Positions 50,526 to 62,763 are shown, counted from the whole stretch's first letter. The stretch is DNA of 63,737 nt, filler included, from Squatina squatina (GCA_031763465.1; 3 parts of 3 records of this genome joined end to end with filler, not necessarily neighbours in it), one strand, 5' to 3'. The notes: generated from the sequence alone by a model not told the origin. A program made the numbers and translations.

Positions 50526-51377
50526 CGACGGCCTAAGGGGTAAAAAAAAATTGGAAACGGGGAGAATAAATGAAGACAGAACTTGTTAAATGTTATCTTC
50601 CACCACCATTCTCATTCCACAAATAACACTGCCATCAAATAGCCTGTACAGTTTAATAGCACAGTAGAGATTCTCAGCCCCCACAGCTACCCCAGATTAA
50701 TCCCACAATGTGTCATACTCAAACACGCACAATGTAATCCAGAGATGAATTAATTGTCTCCGATATATTTGTTCAACCATGCAGAATNNNNNNNNNNTGT
50801 GTGTGTAAAATTGCCTTGGACATTGACTATTTTAGTACTCTAGACCGTAATCACTGTGAAGAGAATCTCTTGTCTCAGGGGGAGGAATGAAATGGGCTTT
50901 GTTTTGTCGCTGAACAATCTGTGATATTGGACACAGCAATTTCAGCAAAATTAACATTCTGCTGTCAACTCTGAATCTGACAAGGTTCAATCACCCGCTC
51001 TTTGGGGAATTCGATTAAATGAATACAAGGTGTTATTTCAATGTTACATTGTTTTCTGTTTTCCCTTCATAGCTTCGGAATATAATGCATATTCGACAGC
51101 CCTGCTGCATAATTTGATCGCTTGATATAGCAAGTCATCTCAGGGTAGTTTTGTGTTTCTGAAAATTACGGAGAGCACTTTGCTCCGGATTTTTTTTTTT
51201 GCAAATGTACTTTTCCCTTCAGCTTTCCCTGAAAGGAAGATTTGTGTTTGTGCAGTACCTTGTCACATCTTGCGGAAACAGCGGCACGCAGACCACGAAT
51301 TGCCACAGTGGCTCTTGTTATGGGGGCTGGCGTGGCAGCCATTTTACACAAACGGTAATGGGATTCAGCACTGTCGA

Positions 51378-51768
51378 GAGTTTAGAAGAACGAGAGGTGA
51401 TCTCATTGAAACATGCAAGATCCCGAGGGAGGGATTGCTGAGAGGTTGTTTCCCCCCCGGCTGGTGAGTCCTGCACTAGGGGTCATACCCTCAGGATAAG
51501 GGGTTGGCCATTTAGGACTGAGATGAGGAGAATTTCTTCACTCAGAGGGTGGTGAATCTTTGGAATTCTCGACCCCAGAGGGCTGTGGAGGGTCAGTCGT
51601 TGAGTATATTCAAGGCAGCGAAAGATTTTTGGACATTAAGGGAATCGAGGGATATGGGATCGGGCGGGAAAGTGGAGTTGAGGTCAAAGATCAGCCATGA
51701 TCTTGTTGAATGGCGAAGCAGGCTCGAGGGGCCGAATGGCCTATTCCTGCTCCTAGTTCTTATGTTCT
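51378..51768 (+). mobile_element. CR1 LINE 3' end in ELAVL3 intron 1
   Basis: EFRRTRGDLIE...RVVNLWNS coding plus a TTCTTATG tail. Confidence 0.9.
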
Positions 51769-52204
51769 TATAAACAATCGAAATATTCGGGTGGTGTTGG
51801 TTAAGGGAGGAATCTTGACCAGGACAACAGGAGAACTCCTGTCGAAATTCATTTCCTGTTGCGCCCCATTTGCTCCTCCGAGGGGCGCTAATGAGGCGCA
51901 CCAGCAAAAGATGGCGCCTCCCAGGAAATTCAGCCGGGGAGCCTGGTCAGCTGAGTTTTGCGGTGGGTCGGCACGTAACGTCATCAAGACGCCCGCTGCC
52001 CGCACCACACAGCCGCGACCCCGCTAGCGGCCCGTTTGCATCCCGTGGGCGGAATTTACTCGCAGGAGGTGGCCGCAGCGCCAGGCGGTTGCAGCGACAG
52101 CAAANNNNNNNNNNNNNNNNNNNNNNNNNNNNNNNNNNNNNNNNNNNNNNNNNNNNNNNNNNNNNNNNNNNNNNNNNNNNNNNNNNNNNNNNNNNNNNNN
52201 NNNN

Positions 52205-52437
<233 letters not shown>

Positions 52438-52741
52438 TGACTTTCCCATTTAAATGCCTCATACTTTTTCCTGGGGAGTGCATCGATCTTGTTCTTTGTC
52501 TCCCCACCCCTAGCTTCACACGCTCACTGAGATGTGGCCTCGTGATAGAGATGTGAACTTCCCATCTCAAAGGGTCACGGGTTTCTCGTCATTCAAACTC
52601 ACCTCCTCACAGATGGAGCGCTATGTGGCAACGGAGCACTCCATTTATGAGGAGGGCTGGAGGTGGATGGAAAAGTTACTGGTGGGATTAGACCTGGTCT
52701 GCAGTAGTGTCTCCTAAATATGCAAGGGGCCACCAAGGAGA

Positions 52742-52972
52742 TATTTATTCACTCAGAGGGTGGTGAATCTTTGGAATCGTCTACCCCAGAGGGCTGTGGA
52801 GGTTCAGTCATTCAAGACAGAGATCGATAGATTTCTGGGTATTAAAGACATCAAAAGATATGGGGATAATGCAGGAAAATGACATTGAGGCAGGGGATCA
52901 GCCATGATCTCGTTGAATGGCGGAGCAGGCTCGAAGGGCTGAATGGCCTACTCCTGCACCTAGTTCTTATGT
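52742..52972 (+). mobile_element. CR1 LINE 3' end
   Basis: FTQRVVNLWNRLP coding plus the conserved 3' tail. Confidence 0.88.
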
Positions 52973-53065
52973 TGTGGGGTAGTCTAACGTCCAACAGTCC
53001 CATCCTCCGAGCTGAAGCAAATACTATACCACCGAAAGCACAGTCACATTTTATAACTTTCCCTG

Positions 53066-53365
53066 GGCTTCAACTGGACTGCTGTGTCCAATTCTGGGCA
53101 CCGCACTTTAGGAAGAATGTCAAGGGTTTGGAGAGAGTGCAGAAGAGATTTACTAGGCATGAGGAACTTCAGTTATGTGGAGGAACTGCAGAAGCTGGGT
53201 TTGTTCTCCTTAGAGCAGAGAAGGCAAGGGAAGATTTAATTGAGGTGTTCAAAATTATGAAGGGTTCAGGAGCAGGCTCGAGGGGCCGAATGGCCTACTC
53301 CTGCTCCTATTTCTTATGTTCTGATGGAGTAAGTAAGGAGAGACTGTTTCCAGTGGCAGAAGGGT
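53066..53365 (+). mobile_element. CR1 ORF2 fragment with a nested short CR1 tail
   Basis: Encodes QLDCCVQFWAPHFRKNVKGLERVQKRFTR...DLIEVFKIMKG. Confidence 0.88.
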
Positions 53366-53799
53366 NNNNNNNNNNNNNNNNNNNNNNNNNNNNNNNNNNN
53401 NNNNNNNNNNNNNNNNNNNNNNNNNNNNNNNNNNNNNNNNNNNNNNNNNNNNNNNNNNNNNNNNNTAACTCACACCAAGTCCTGTTCACCCATCACCCTC
53501 AACCCCACTTTCCAGTAGGCTGGTGACACTAACTGTCCAGACGTCACTTGAGATGACTGACATCCTAAAACTGTACCCCTCCCCCAAAGTAATTTCAGTA
53601 GATCGGTGGGGGAAAAGAAGAGTGAAACATTGCAGTTGAGCTGTTTTGTGGCAGATGGTTTACATTCAATGGTAGTGTTTTACCCTTGTGGTACTAATTG
53701 GCCGTAAGGGCGACTTGAGGTGGTCGTTGCAGACCGCTAGCATTCTGCCGGCTGATTAAGGTGGGATCAGTCTGTTGACGGCTATGTGTTTCTTTGCAG

Positions 53800-53867
53800 A
53801 TTGTGCAGTGAACGTACACAAGAATTGCAGGACCCTTCTAGCTGAATGCAGCACTCCCAAGGGCAAG
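53800..53867 (+). CDS. C1 zinc-finger exon of an Lbc-family RhoGEF (ARHGEF18-like; family of AKAP13, ARHGEF2, ARHGEF28)
   Basis: Strong acceptor TGTTTCTTTGCAG| and donor AAG|GTTAGT. 68 nt, phase 1-0. Encodes CAVNVHKNCRTLLAECSTPKGK (C-x4-H-x2-C-x6-C). Confidence 0.7.
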
Positions 53868-54959
53868 GTTAGTGTGTCCATGTGCTATGTTTGTGCGGGT
53901 GGCGTTTACTGCATCATTATTACTGGCATGTCAGTTGTATTATTTAACAGTGACTCTCTTGTGGGAGAGAGGGAAGCACTTTGGGGGTCGAGCTGGCTCC
54001 AAGGTGATGGGAGACCAGAACCAAGTTATCCCTTTATGGTGCACATGGTAATCCAAGACCTGTGTTAAACACGTCTGCACTACTCCGGGGCACTGGTTGA
54101 AGATTGACCAGTCAGCCTGGCTACTCATTGGACCTAGAGGGATAAACCCATCCAAGGGCTGGGATTCTTCCCACACGGCTCCAAATAACCTTGCCATAAT
54201 GCATAGGATAATCGAGTTGTGTAATGTGAAGCTTACTAATGCTCTACGCAACAGTACCCTGGGATGGGCAATAAATGGCACATCCGGTGAATGAGAAAAC
54301 GTAACATGGAATGAAAGGGCAGGAGCCCAGTAGGCTGCAGTCCTGTTGTTCACAGGATTTAAAGGAAAATGTAGAGGAATCTTATATCTGCACTGGACAT
54401 ACATTTTATCCAGAGTCACCTATACATTTAATAAGGGGTTAGACACTGAATTCTTGACTTACGCTGCAGTTGAATGTAAATGAGTGCATGTGTTACCCTC
54501 TGATATTGCAAATACTGCACTATTGAACCCAAATTGATCCAAAACTAAAGGTTTTTTTCAAAAAAACTATCATTGATTTGTGACAAAATAGATACAAATA
54601 GACATTTTGCCACTAGATCACGTGGCAGGATATCGTCAATTAACCTTTTTTTTTAAACAGATGTTACAGTCTAATGCAGTGATCGAGTCAAACCCATATA
54701 ATCACCAGGGGACATACTGTGATACTGTGCCTTCTTAATTCAGCAGTCATGTTAATCTCCTGTTTCTGTCCCGGGCATAATTGGAAAAAGGTATGATTGG
54801 GTGTGTTTTGTTATGTCTTGGTATATCTGCTGGTGTGCACCTGATGCCATAGATCTGCTATTGGTCTCTCTCTGTCTCTGTCTCTCTCTTTAAATAAATA
54901 CGCTACTGTTTCATAGGTACTAACATCCGCCCTTCCTTCCGTCTCCCTTTCTTTCACAG

Positions 54960-54998
54960 GCTGGACAATTTACTTAACATGGCCTACGGCGTGAAGAG
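54960..54998 (+). CDS. ELAVL3: ELAVL 39-nt alternative hinge exon
   Basis: Acceptor CTTTCACAG| and donor GAG|GTAATT. Encodes (R)LDNLLNMAYGVK(R/S), the cassette exon of neuronal Hu proteins. Confidence 0.92.
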
Positions 54999-55204
54999 GT
55001 AATTAATGTTCCAAAGCCTCCATGCTGGCAAAGGGCTAGAATTCAACATTCTCCCCAGTAATCCAGTTAAATGAACTGGACCCTACATGTTTATGCCATT
55101 GACCTTTAGAATAGTAACTGGTGTTGTGTAAATGTTAGGCAACAGACACCCTTTTTAACTATTCCTATCAGTTATTTTAATTGTCACACGCTAAACTGAC
55201 CACG

Positions 55205-55405
55205 TAGAATAGTAGAGCACAGGAGGAGGACACTTAGCCCATGGAGTCTGCTCCGGCTCTTTCGAAGAGCGATCCAGTTAGTACCACTCCCCCCGCACTT
55301 TCCGCACATCCCTGCAATTTTTTCTCCTTTGAGTATTTATCCAAATCCCTTTTCAAGGCTACTTTTAAATCTATCAGGCAGTGCATTCCCAATCCTAACC
55401 ACTCC
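55205..55405 (-). mobile_element. CR1 LINE 3' end
   Basis: GCACAGGAGGAGG.CACTTAGCCCAT tail, and the reverse complement of FKRDLDKYS. Confidence 0.75.
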
Positions 55406-56609
55406 AGGAATAGATGCGCTTTGTGTTATATTTTGTGTCATCTCTGTTGCTGTTCACTCCAGTTCACTGTCAAATTCGCCCTTCAATTTGAAATTATCTT
55501 CAGTCAATTACTCTTTTTCGCCCGTCGTTTTCCTGCTCATTCGCACTTCATTTGCAAACTGCCCACCNNNNNNNNNNNNNNNNNNNNNNNNNNNNNNNNN
55601 NNNNNNNNNNNNNNNNNNNNNNNNNNNNNNNNNNNNNNNNNNNNNNNNNNNNNNNNNNNNNNNNNNNGAATGGGTTTAAAAAAATCTATTTTTATAAAAA
55701 AGAAAAAGACCTCATTGAAAATTTTTACAGAACCTTGATCGAAAAAAAGAGAATATTTTGACAGGCTATGTTCTTTTAGTGGGAGGGGGAGGACAGTTTT
55801 GTCACGTGTGCTCTAGGCTGATAACTTTTTAAGACTTAAAAAAAAAAAATGGGAGCATAAAACACATTGTTTTCGAGCAAGAATTGTCGATACTAAGTTT
55901 GTACTCAGTGATGCAGAGAGCATGTAGTTTGATGGGGAGCACTCTCTGAACAGTACAGGTTCCACACAGTGACATCATAACAGCTGACAAGGTTTGGTTG
56001 AGGCCCTCCTATTTAGTTGCCGTGACAGATCGACATTCTTAAAGAGAAGATTGCCAAAGAAAAAAAAATCAAGTGGCTTTCAACTGGCTAAGCTTTGCCG
56101 GTCTTGGAAACCAGTTTGCTTTCAACAAGGTGGGCAAACCATCAAGTTCCAAGGTCCTTCCCTTCATTTTGTTCCTTCTCGAGGTGTAAGGTTTGTTTTT
56201 AAACTCAACACTTCTTCCTGAGGACGCGTGAACTTCTCCATCACAGCAGTCAAAGTCAATCATTGTATATGAAGGGCTTGAGTTGTTTCTGAGACACCCG
56301 ATAGGATGCCACTTAAATGCACATTTTCTAAGGAGCTCCACATTCATATAACATCTACAGAATCTATTACAGGGCCTATTAATTCTAACTTCAACCATCT
56401 CTTAATCAGTCTTCCAGTAACGAACACAGCAGTTATTAATGCTTAATAAAAGCTCTGATAAACTCGTAAATAAGGCACAAGTATTGTTTTGTATGTGAAA
56501 AACAGGTCACTGTTGCCATAAAGTTTATCCAAATATTGATGCGACTAGGAAAATCCTGGGCCATATTGGATCTGTGAGGATGAGGTGAAGCATATTAATG
56601 TTAGATATG

Positions 56610-57130
56610 TGTCCTGATTAATAAAGACTGTTGGTAGGTGAGTGATGGGGTGTAGTGAATTGAACAGTGGATAAGGCTAGTGGTGCAATTGGTAGGCTAT
56701 GTCATTTGAAGATGCATTCACTGACCTTAACAACTCATGTGAACTTCTTCGTGCACCGCATCCAGGTCCTTCGGACTACACTTCTGGTATTGATCTCTGC
56801 CACTACCTCTTGCCGCTGCTTTCTGAGCATGTGTCTGGAGGGTCTCCAGTCTCCCTGAGGACATCTCTCCTTCTTTTCATCTCTTCTACCAAGACCTCCA
56901 GTGCAGCATCTGAAAATCTTGGTGCATGCTCTCTCACATGGTCAGCCATTGATTCTTCCACAGCACAATATTCAGAATAATCTCAGCACCACCAGAGGCC
57001 ACAATGCACCTCCCCTTTAAGAGGTGCAGGCTAGTTTTAATTAGTACTAGGCACTAAAGATAATGGGCCCTCTGCTGATGTGTGTAGCCCATGAACAGCG
57101 TAGAAAGTGCTGGCAGCACGGTGCACTTTA
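56610..57130 (-). mobile_element. Second decayed copy of the Harbinger Myb/SANT gene (exon 1 at 56726-56949)
   Basis: MADHVREHAPRFSDAALEVLVEEMKRRRDVL...QEVVAEINTRSVVRRTWMRCTKKF with donor AAG|GTCAGT. The intron sequence aligns with 8094-8200. Confidence 0.85.
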
Positions 57131-57794
57131 GCAGAAGATAGCTTTATATAAATATATATATAAATTTATATATAGAGCCTTTAACATAGTAAAATGTCCC
57201 AAGATGCTTCACAGGAGTATTATGAGAAAAAAATTCACACTGAGCCACATAAGGAAAGAATTAGGCCAGCTGACCAAAAACTTGGTCAAAGAAGTAGATT
57301 TAAGTGTAAGCTTTCTAAGGATTACCTTACTATCGCTCCGTGAGTTCTTGACCTTACATATAACCTACTAGGTACAAACATTTCAAGTACTTTCAATTTC
57401 AAGCAAAAGAATCTTTTTATTACTAAATACTAGACACTATAAACATAAATTAGGACATCAGATATTGTATGGTTACTTATCATCCTCTGAGACAAAGCCT
57501 GCTTGTTTTCTTGTAGTTGCTGTCTGTAAAAACTACCTCTAGGACCCAGCAGTGATGTTTAATGCATGCTTTCTCTCCTTTCTCTGTAGCAACTGGTGTT
57601 TTGTAGTTGTTTTACTTTTCTTATAGCTTGTTCACTTTTGTCTCTCCTGCTCTTGCCTTCTCTGTGTCTCTTCTGTGTCCCTTCTGTGTCCGTGTCTCTT
57701 CTGTGTCTGTGAAGCCCGTTTGAAGGTCCAGATTTATAACAAGGAGCTTATTTTTCAGTTTCGTTTCTCTTCTCAAACACACCTTTGCTTTTGA

Positions 57795-57859
57795 TCATGT
57801 GATTTCCAGGAATTGGGGCCATGCGACTTCCAAGAATTAGGCCATGTGACTTCCAAGAA
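57795..57859. repeat. About 22-bp tandem repeat, 3 copies, running into a gap
   Basis: Unit CATGTGACTTCCAAGAATTAGGC. Confidence 0.75.
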
Positions 57860-57959
57860 NNNNNNNNNNNNNNNNNNNNNNNNNNNNNNNNNNNNNNNNN
57901 NNNNNNNNNNNNNNNNNNNNNNNNNNNNNNNNNNNNNNNNNNNNNNNNNNNNNNNNNNN

Positions 57960-58509
57960 TTATTTTTTTTTTTTCTTTTTTTTTCATTTTTAAAAAAAAA
58001 AAAAACACGACTTTAATTTTTACCAATAAGTGGTTTAGCTTAATTTATTCTTAAGGGAACAAACTTAAAGTTTGAGGATGGCTCTCCTTAGGTGCACTGA
58101 TTATGTCGTGATTCATACGAAACAAAAAATATTGAGTATTAGGAAGTTACTTTGTGCGATAGTTGTTATAACTTTGCTATTACTTTCGTCTTGTTAAACA
58201 TTTTCAGTCTTATCCTAATAGTAGTGTCGATGGAATTTAACATGTTATTGCTTGGTACCTCTTTGGTTTTATTTTTCCTCTATGCCAATCCTCTAATGGC
58301 GCAATGAGCGAGTGGTGACGGACAAAAGGAAATTTAAAAAATAAAGTCGCGGAGATATTCGTGGACGTTTTGTGGACAAGGGGAGTCCGATTGACTGGAT
58401 TATCAGTGACAAGTGGGGTGGGGGGGGGAGGGAGGGAGGGGAGGGAGGCAAGTCCAGGGTTCAGAGAAACAGTGAACAAAATGGAGCCCTGAACTTGGTG
58501 GCTTGTGTG
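57960..58509 (+). other. Candidate ELAVL3 3' UTR segment
   Basis: U/A-tract-rich, free of repeats, and placed between the last ELAVL3 exon seen and the PRKCSH 3' end. Position-based inference only. Confidence 0.35.
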
Positions 58510-58905
58510 NNNNNNNNNNNNNNNNNNNNNNNNNNNNNNNNNNNNNNNNNNNNNNNNNNNNNNNNNNNNNNNNNNNNNNNNNNNNNNNNNNNNNNNNNNN
58601 NNNNNNNNNTTGTTAAGCAGAATGCCATTTATTATATATATATTTTTTTAAATATCAGACCACTCTTTCCCACACAAAGGCTATTGTGTCCCCAGCCATC
58701 CATCATTTAAGGCAGTAACGGAGGAAGCTGCGTCACTAAATTGCTCACAACGACCTAACATCCCCTCTATCACCGCTGCTGTTAAACAGGCCGAGTACAT
58801 GAACAAGACGGTCCTCGGAAGGGAAATAGGTTAAGGAAGAACACAAAGAATTCTAATCAGTGCTCGGGGAGCTTCGCTCACCTGTTCTGTCCACTTGTCC
58901 AATTC

Positions 58906-59046
58906 TCACAGTTCATCGTGGTCTGAGCCTCCTTCCTCCATCTCCTCCTGGCAAAGAGCTGGTGTCGAGAACTCCATCAGGTATTCACAGCGGCTGGGCT
59001 CTGACGTGGATAACACAGCAGTCTCTTTCCCACAAGACAACTTAAC
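58906..59046 (-). CDS. PRKCSH: Glucosidase II beta subunit, last coding exon
   Basis: Acceptor CTAACAG|. Encodes VKLSCGKETAVLSTSEPSRCEYLMEFSTPALCQEEMEEGGSDHDEL* (end of the MRH domain plus the HDEL ER-retrieval signal). Missed by the ORF track. Confidence 0.96.
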   Translation of the reverse strand, partial: VKLSCGKETAVLSTSEPSRCEYLMEFSTPALCQEEMEEGGSDHDEL

Positions 59047-59149
59047 CTGTTAGCAGTTGAATTGATATTAAAACCACGCTTCTTCAGCCAGGTTCAATGT
59101 TAAACTTGCTTGCATCACTTTCTATGCATTTGCGCCCCCATTTTGGTGT

Positions 59150-59285
59150 CAGATGGGCTCAGTGGCAGCACTCTTACCTCTGGGTCAGGTGGTCATGCAT
59201 GGGTTCAAGCCCTTAACCAGAACTTAAGCACATAATTGAGGTTGATATTTCAGTTCATTTCTGAGCAACTGCTGCACTGTCAAAG
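59150..59285 (+). mobile_element. DeuSINE (SacSINE1-like) tRNA head
   Basis: A box GGCTCAGTGG and B box GGTTCAAGCC. Confidence 0.7.
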
Positions 59286-59389
59286 CTCATTTGTGCACGG
59301 CAAGGTACAAACAGCAATGAGTGATGGAGGGAGAAATGTTGACCAGGGCACCAGGGAATTCACTGTTCTTCAGCCAGTTACATCGAGCG

Positions 59390-59698
59390 TACAGCACAAA
59401 AACAGGCCAATCGGCCCAACTGGTCTATGTTAGTGATTATGCTCCACACGAGCCTCCACCCACCCTTCTTCATCTAACACCATCAATGTATCTTTCTATT
59501 CCTCTCACCCTCATGTGCTTATCTAGTGTTAAATGCATTTATGCTGTCCTCCTCAACTATTCCCTGTGGTAGCATGTTCCATATTTTAACCACTCTCTGA
59601 GTAAAGAAGATTCTCCAGAATTCTTCTATTTTATATTGATGGCCCCTAGTTCTGTCTCCCCCACAAGTGGAAACATCTTCTCTATGCCTACCCTATCA
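59390..59698 (-). mobile_element. CR1 LINE 3' end
   Basis: ACAGCACAAAAACAGGCCAATCGGCCC tail, and the reverse complement of FTQRVVKIWNMLP. Confidence 0.8.
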
Positions 59699-60729
59699 NN
59701 NNNNNNNNNNNNNNNNNNNNNNNNNNNNNNNNNNNNNNNNNNNNNNNNNNNNNNNNNNNNNNNNNNNNNNNNNNNNNNNNNNNNNNNNNNNNNNNNNNAA
59801 AATCATGTGCCGTGCACGCTCTAACTTCCAGTGTGCGCACCCAACCCCGGCAGGAAAGCAAAGTCAAAAAATTTACCCCTTTCTAATTGAAACATGCCCT
59901 GCGTCGCAAGAGAAAATATATAATCACAGAATCACAAGCGTATCATAAAACATAAGCAGAATTTTTTTTTTTAAGGGAAGATAAAAAGCCAACAGGCCTG
60001 AAAAATTTCATTCAATTTTCACAGTTCAATCCACTTATCTGTCGTATCACCATATGTCTCGTACTCCTCTTTCTCCAGAAGCCCATCTGATTGCTATCTT
60101 TAGCCAATTTCTACCACCTGCTTCAATAGCCTTCTCTGCTCATTTTGTGGTTTCAGGCCTTGAACTTCAAAAAGAAAAAATTCTCTTCGGATTGTCAAGT
60201 GAATTGGTATCCAGCAGGCAGCTCCACAAATCTAGGTCAGTTTCATAGATGGGAGCCTGAAACCACCCTGGTACAAGGATAAGTGCTGGTAGAAAGCTGC
60301 TGGCTCAGCCCTGACCCGTCCTTTGATGTGTTTAAAAACGAAAAGATAAAGAGGATAAAGCAAGGAAGCAGAAAATAAAATAAAAAAGGAACACTGCCAG
60401 CGGTTTTCTGCTGCAGCAGCAGCTTTGCTGAAATAGAACGGCAAAGCCTGCAGTGGCCTCTCCTTGTCCTGACCTCTCAAAACAAGAATTTGCTCAGCAA
60501 AGAAATAAAATTACAGAAAAGCTGAAGCTGCTCAGTTCCCATTATGCTCCTTTCCCACAATGTCAGATTCAGAAACAGGATTTTTGACGTGCGATGTTAT
60601 CTGAAGATTTTTCGAAAACCACAGTAGGCNNNNNNNNNNNNNNNNNNNNNNNNNNNNNNNNNNNNNNNNNNNNNNNNNNNNNNNNNNNNNNNNNNNNNNN
60701 NNNNNNNNNNNNNNNNNNNNNNNNNNNNN

Positions 60730-60990
60730 ATTTCTCCTCATCTTGGTCCTAACTGGCCGACCCCTTATTCTGAGACTGTGACCCCTGGTTCTAGACTCCC
60801 CAGCCAGGGGAAACGAGGGAGTGCTGCACTGTCGGAGGTGTTGACTATTAGATGGGACGTTAAACCGTTTCCCCATCTGCCCTCTCAGGTATACGTAAAA
60901 GATCCAATTGCACTATTTCAAAGAAGAACAGGGGAATTCTCCCTGGTGTCCTGGTCAATAGTTATAACTTAACCAATATCACTAAAACGT
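60730..60990. mobile_element. CR1 fragment (minus, 60730-60812) abutting a DeuSINE central domain (plus, 60814-60990)
   Basis: AGESRTRGHSLRIRGRP on minus, then GAGGGAGTGCTGCACTGTCGGAGGTG...TATTTCAAAGAAGAACAGGGGA on plus. Confidence 0.75.
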
Positions 60991-60992
60991 AT

Positions 60993-61140
60993 AGGCCCTG
61001 AAATTGCGATCCGCCCGGGTGGGTACGTTGTTCCCACGCACCCGGGGGGACCTCGCAAGTGCCGAATCTGCGGCTGCACTGCGCGTGCCTGCAGATCCAG
61101 AATTTGTGATCTGTCAATGTTTGTCTTGACAGATCCTAGC
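60993..61140. mobile_element. Left arm of the TIR element family seen at 24476
   Basis: GGCCCTGAAATTGCGATC terminus, with shared TGTTCCCAC.CACCCGGGG and the GATCTGTCAA...TTGACAGATC hairpin. Confidence 0.75.
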
Positions 61141-61428
61141 AGCGAACATAATCTTACCAGACAATCATTTTCTAGGTTGCCTGGTACCAGGCAGGCAGCC
61201 CAAACAGCTTGACTTAGCGCTGTAGAAATTACAATGAAGGGACAGGCAAACTTCATAAAAGCATTGTGATAATAGGAAAATAAATATCCTGTATTATTTT
61301 AGCTATACCAAACTTTTTTTAAATTGAAAGCAGAGAGCCAAACTCTTCTCCACAGAGTCAGGCTAGCCCATTCGTCAGGTCAGGTTGCAGTTGATCATAT
61401 TGTACTATCATTGCACAAGAGCTCTTAC

Positions 61429-61524
61429 CACAAATGCCATCGTTCACACGGGAAGATGGAATGTACCGAGGTCTATGGCCAGCGTTCGTGCAGTGGAAGC
61501 TACCATTTGGACAGGCCGATGTTC
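61429..61524 (-). CDS. PRKCSH: Glucosidase II beta subunit, internal Cys-rich (LDLa-like) exon
   Basis: Acceptor TTTCTTTTTGCTAG| and donor GTG|GTAAGA. 96 nt, phase 1-1. Encodes (G)[31 protein letters not shown](D). Missed by the ORF track. Confidence 0.96.
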
Positions 61525-61782
61525 CTAGCAAAAAGAAATCAAGTCAGACATTGCAACAACCATCACTTACAGCAGAGCTAACCTTCCCAGGTACTATACA
61601 AAGGAAAATAAGACCATCAGCAGGAGCCTGGGTGCACATTTAGTGGCGGTGACTGACGACATGGTCAAAGAGATTTGTTTTGNNNNNNNNNNNNNNNNNN
61701 NNNNNNNNNNNNNNNNNNNNNNNNNNNNNNNNNNNNNNNNNNNNNNNNNNNNNNNNNNNNNNNNNNNNNNNNNNNNNNNNNN

Positions 61783-61951
<169 letters not shown>

Positions 61952-62624
61952 TAATCTGGAGGCGGTGATTGCCGAATGTGGAGAATCTGAGGCACATTAA
62001 TACTATTTCAATCAGCCGTGTACATGGCATGCTATCATGTCACTTCTGATGACGTGTCATTGTTTGGTGGAGACATTATCATGACGAGGTGGTCAGACGC
62101 TCCATTTTCTTGCTTGCGCACCAGAAATACAGGAAGGTAGAGATGTCCTTCAGGATGTTTGGGGGGGAAAAATGTTATTTCCTCATGCAGTCTGCTTGTG
62201 GGAGGAATGATTTTAGATCCACTGAGACCCATATCAGTAAAAGGCACTTGATGTTGTGTAACAAGAGACTGGGGAAAAAAAATCTTTGCTTGAAATCACT
62301 GTACCCGTTGAAGCTTTTAGTATTGCTGTTGGGTAGTGTCTAATGTTCCTGAACTTGAGTTTGAGAAGCAGGTTTCACTTGTAAGGAGCAGCTAACAAGA
62401 TTTAGACTACTAACTTGGCATGAAGTAAGTAGCTGTTAGCAGCGTCCCTTGTTATGTAATGGACTTCCTTTTACGATGCTCGTGTGGTCCCAGGACAGTG
62501 GAAATGCAGCATTTTCCCACAATGGTGAAGTCATAATAAACTATTAATTTCAGATGTCTTGGGGCATAACCTTAAATGTAAAAACGTGATGTTTTCTGAG
62601 TTAAACTCAACACACAGTACTGAA

Positions 62625-62763
62625 AGAATAGAATCACAGAAATTTACAGTACAGAAGGAGGCCATTCAATCCTTTGTCTGTGCTGGCCGGAAGAGAGCTA
62701 TCCAGCCTAATCCCACTTTCCAGCTCTTGGTCCGTCGCCCTGTCGGTTACTCCACTTCAAGAT
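62625..62763 (-). mobile_element. CR1 LINE 3' tail
   Basis: AGAATAGAATCACAGAA tail plus ACAGAAGGAGGCCATTC. Confidence 0.75.

Noticed and set aside
51363-51382. RE1/NRSE-like TTCAGCACTGTCGAGAG in ELAVL3 intron 1
   Set aside because: Only the left half-site matches well, and the right half overlaps the start of a CR1 insertion.
59150-59215. tRNA gene
   Set aside because: A and B boxes are present, but there is no cloverleaf and it continues into a SINE body.
61324-61643. Plus-strand His/Cys-rich ORFs
   Set aside because: They are antisense to the real PRKCSH exon at 61429-61524.
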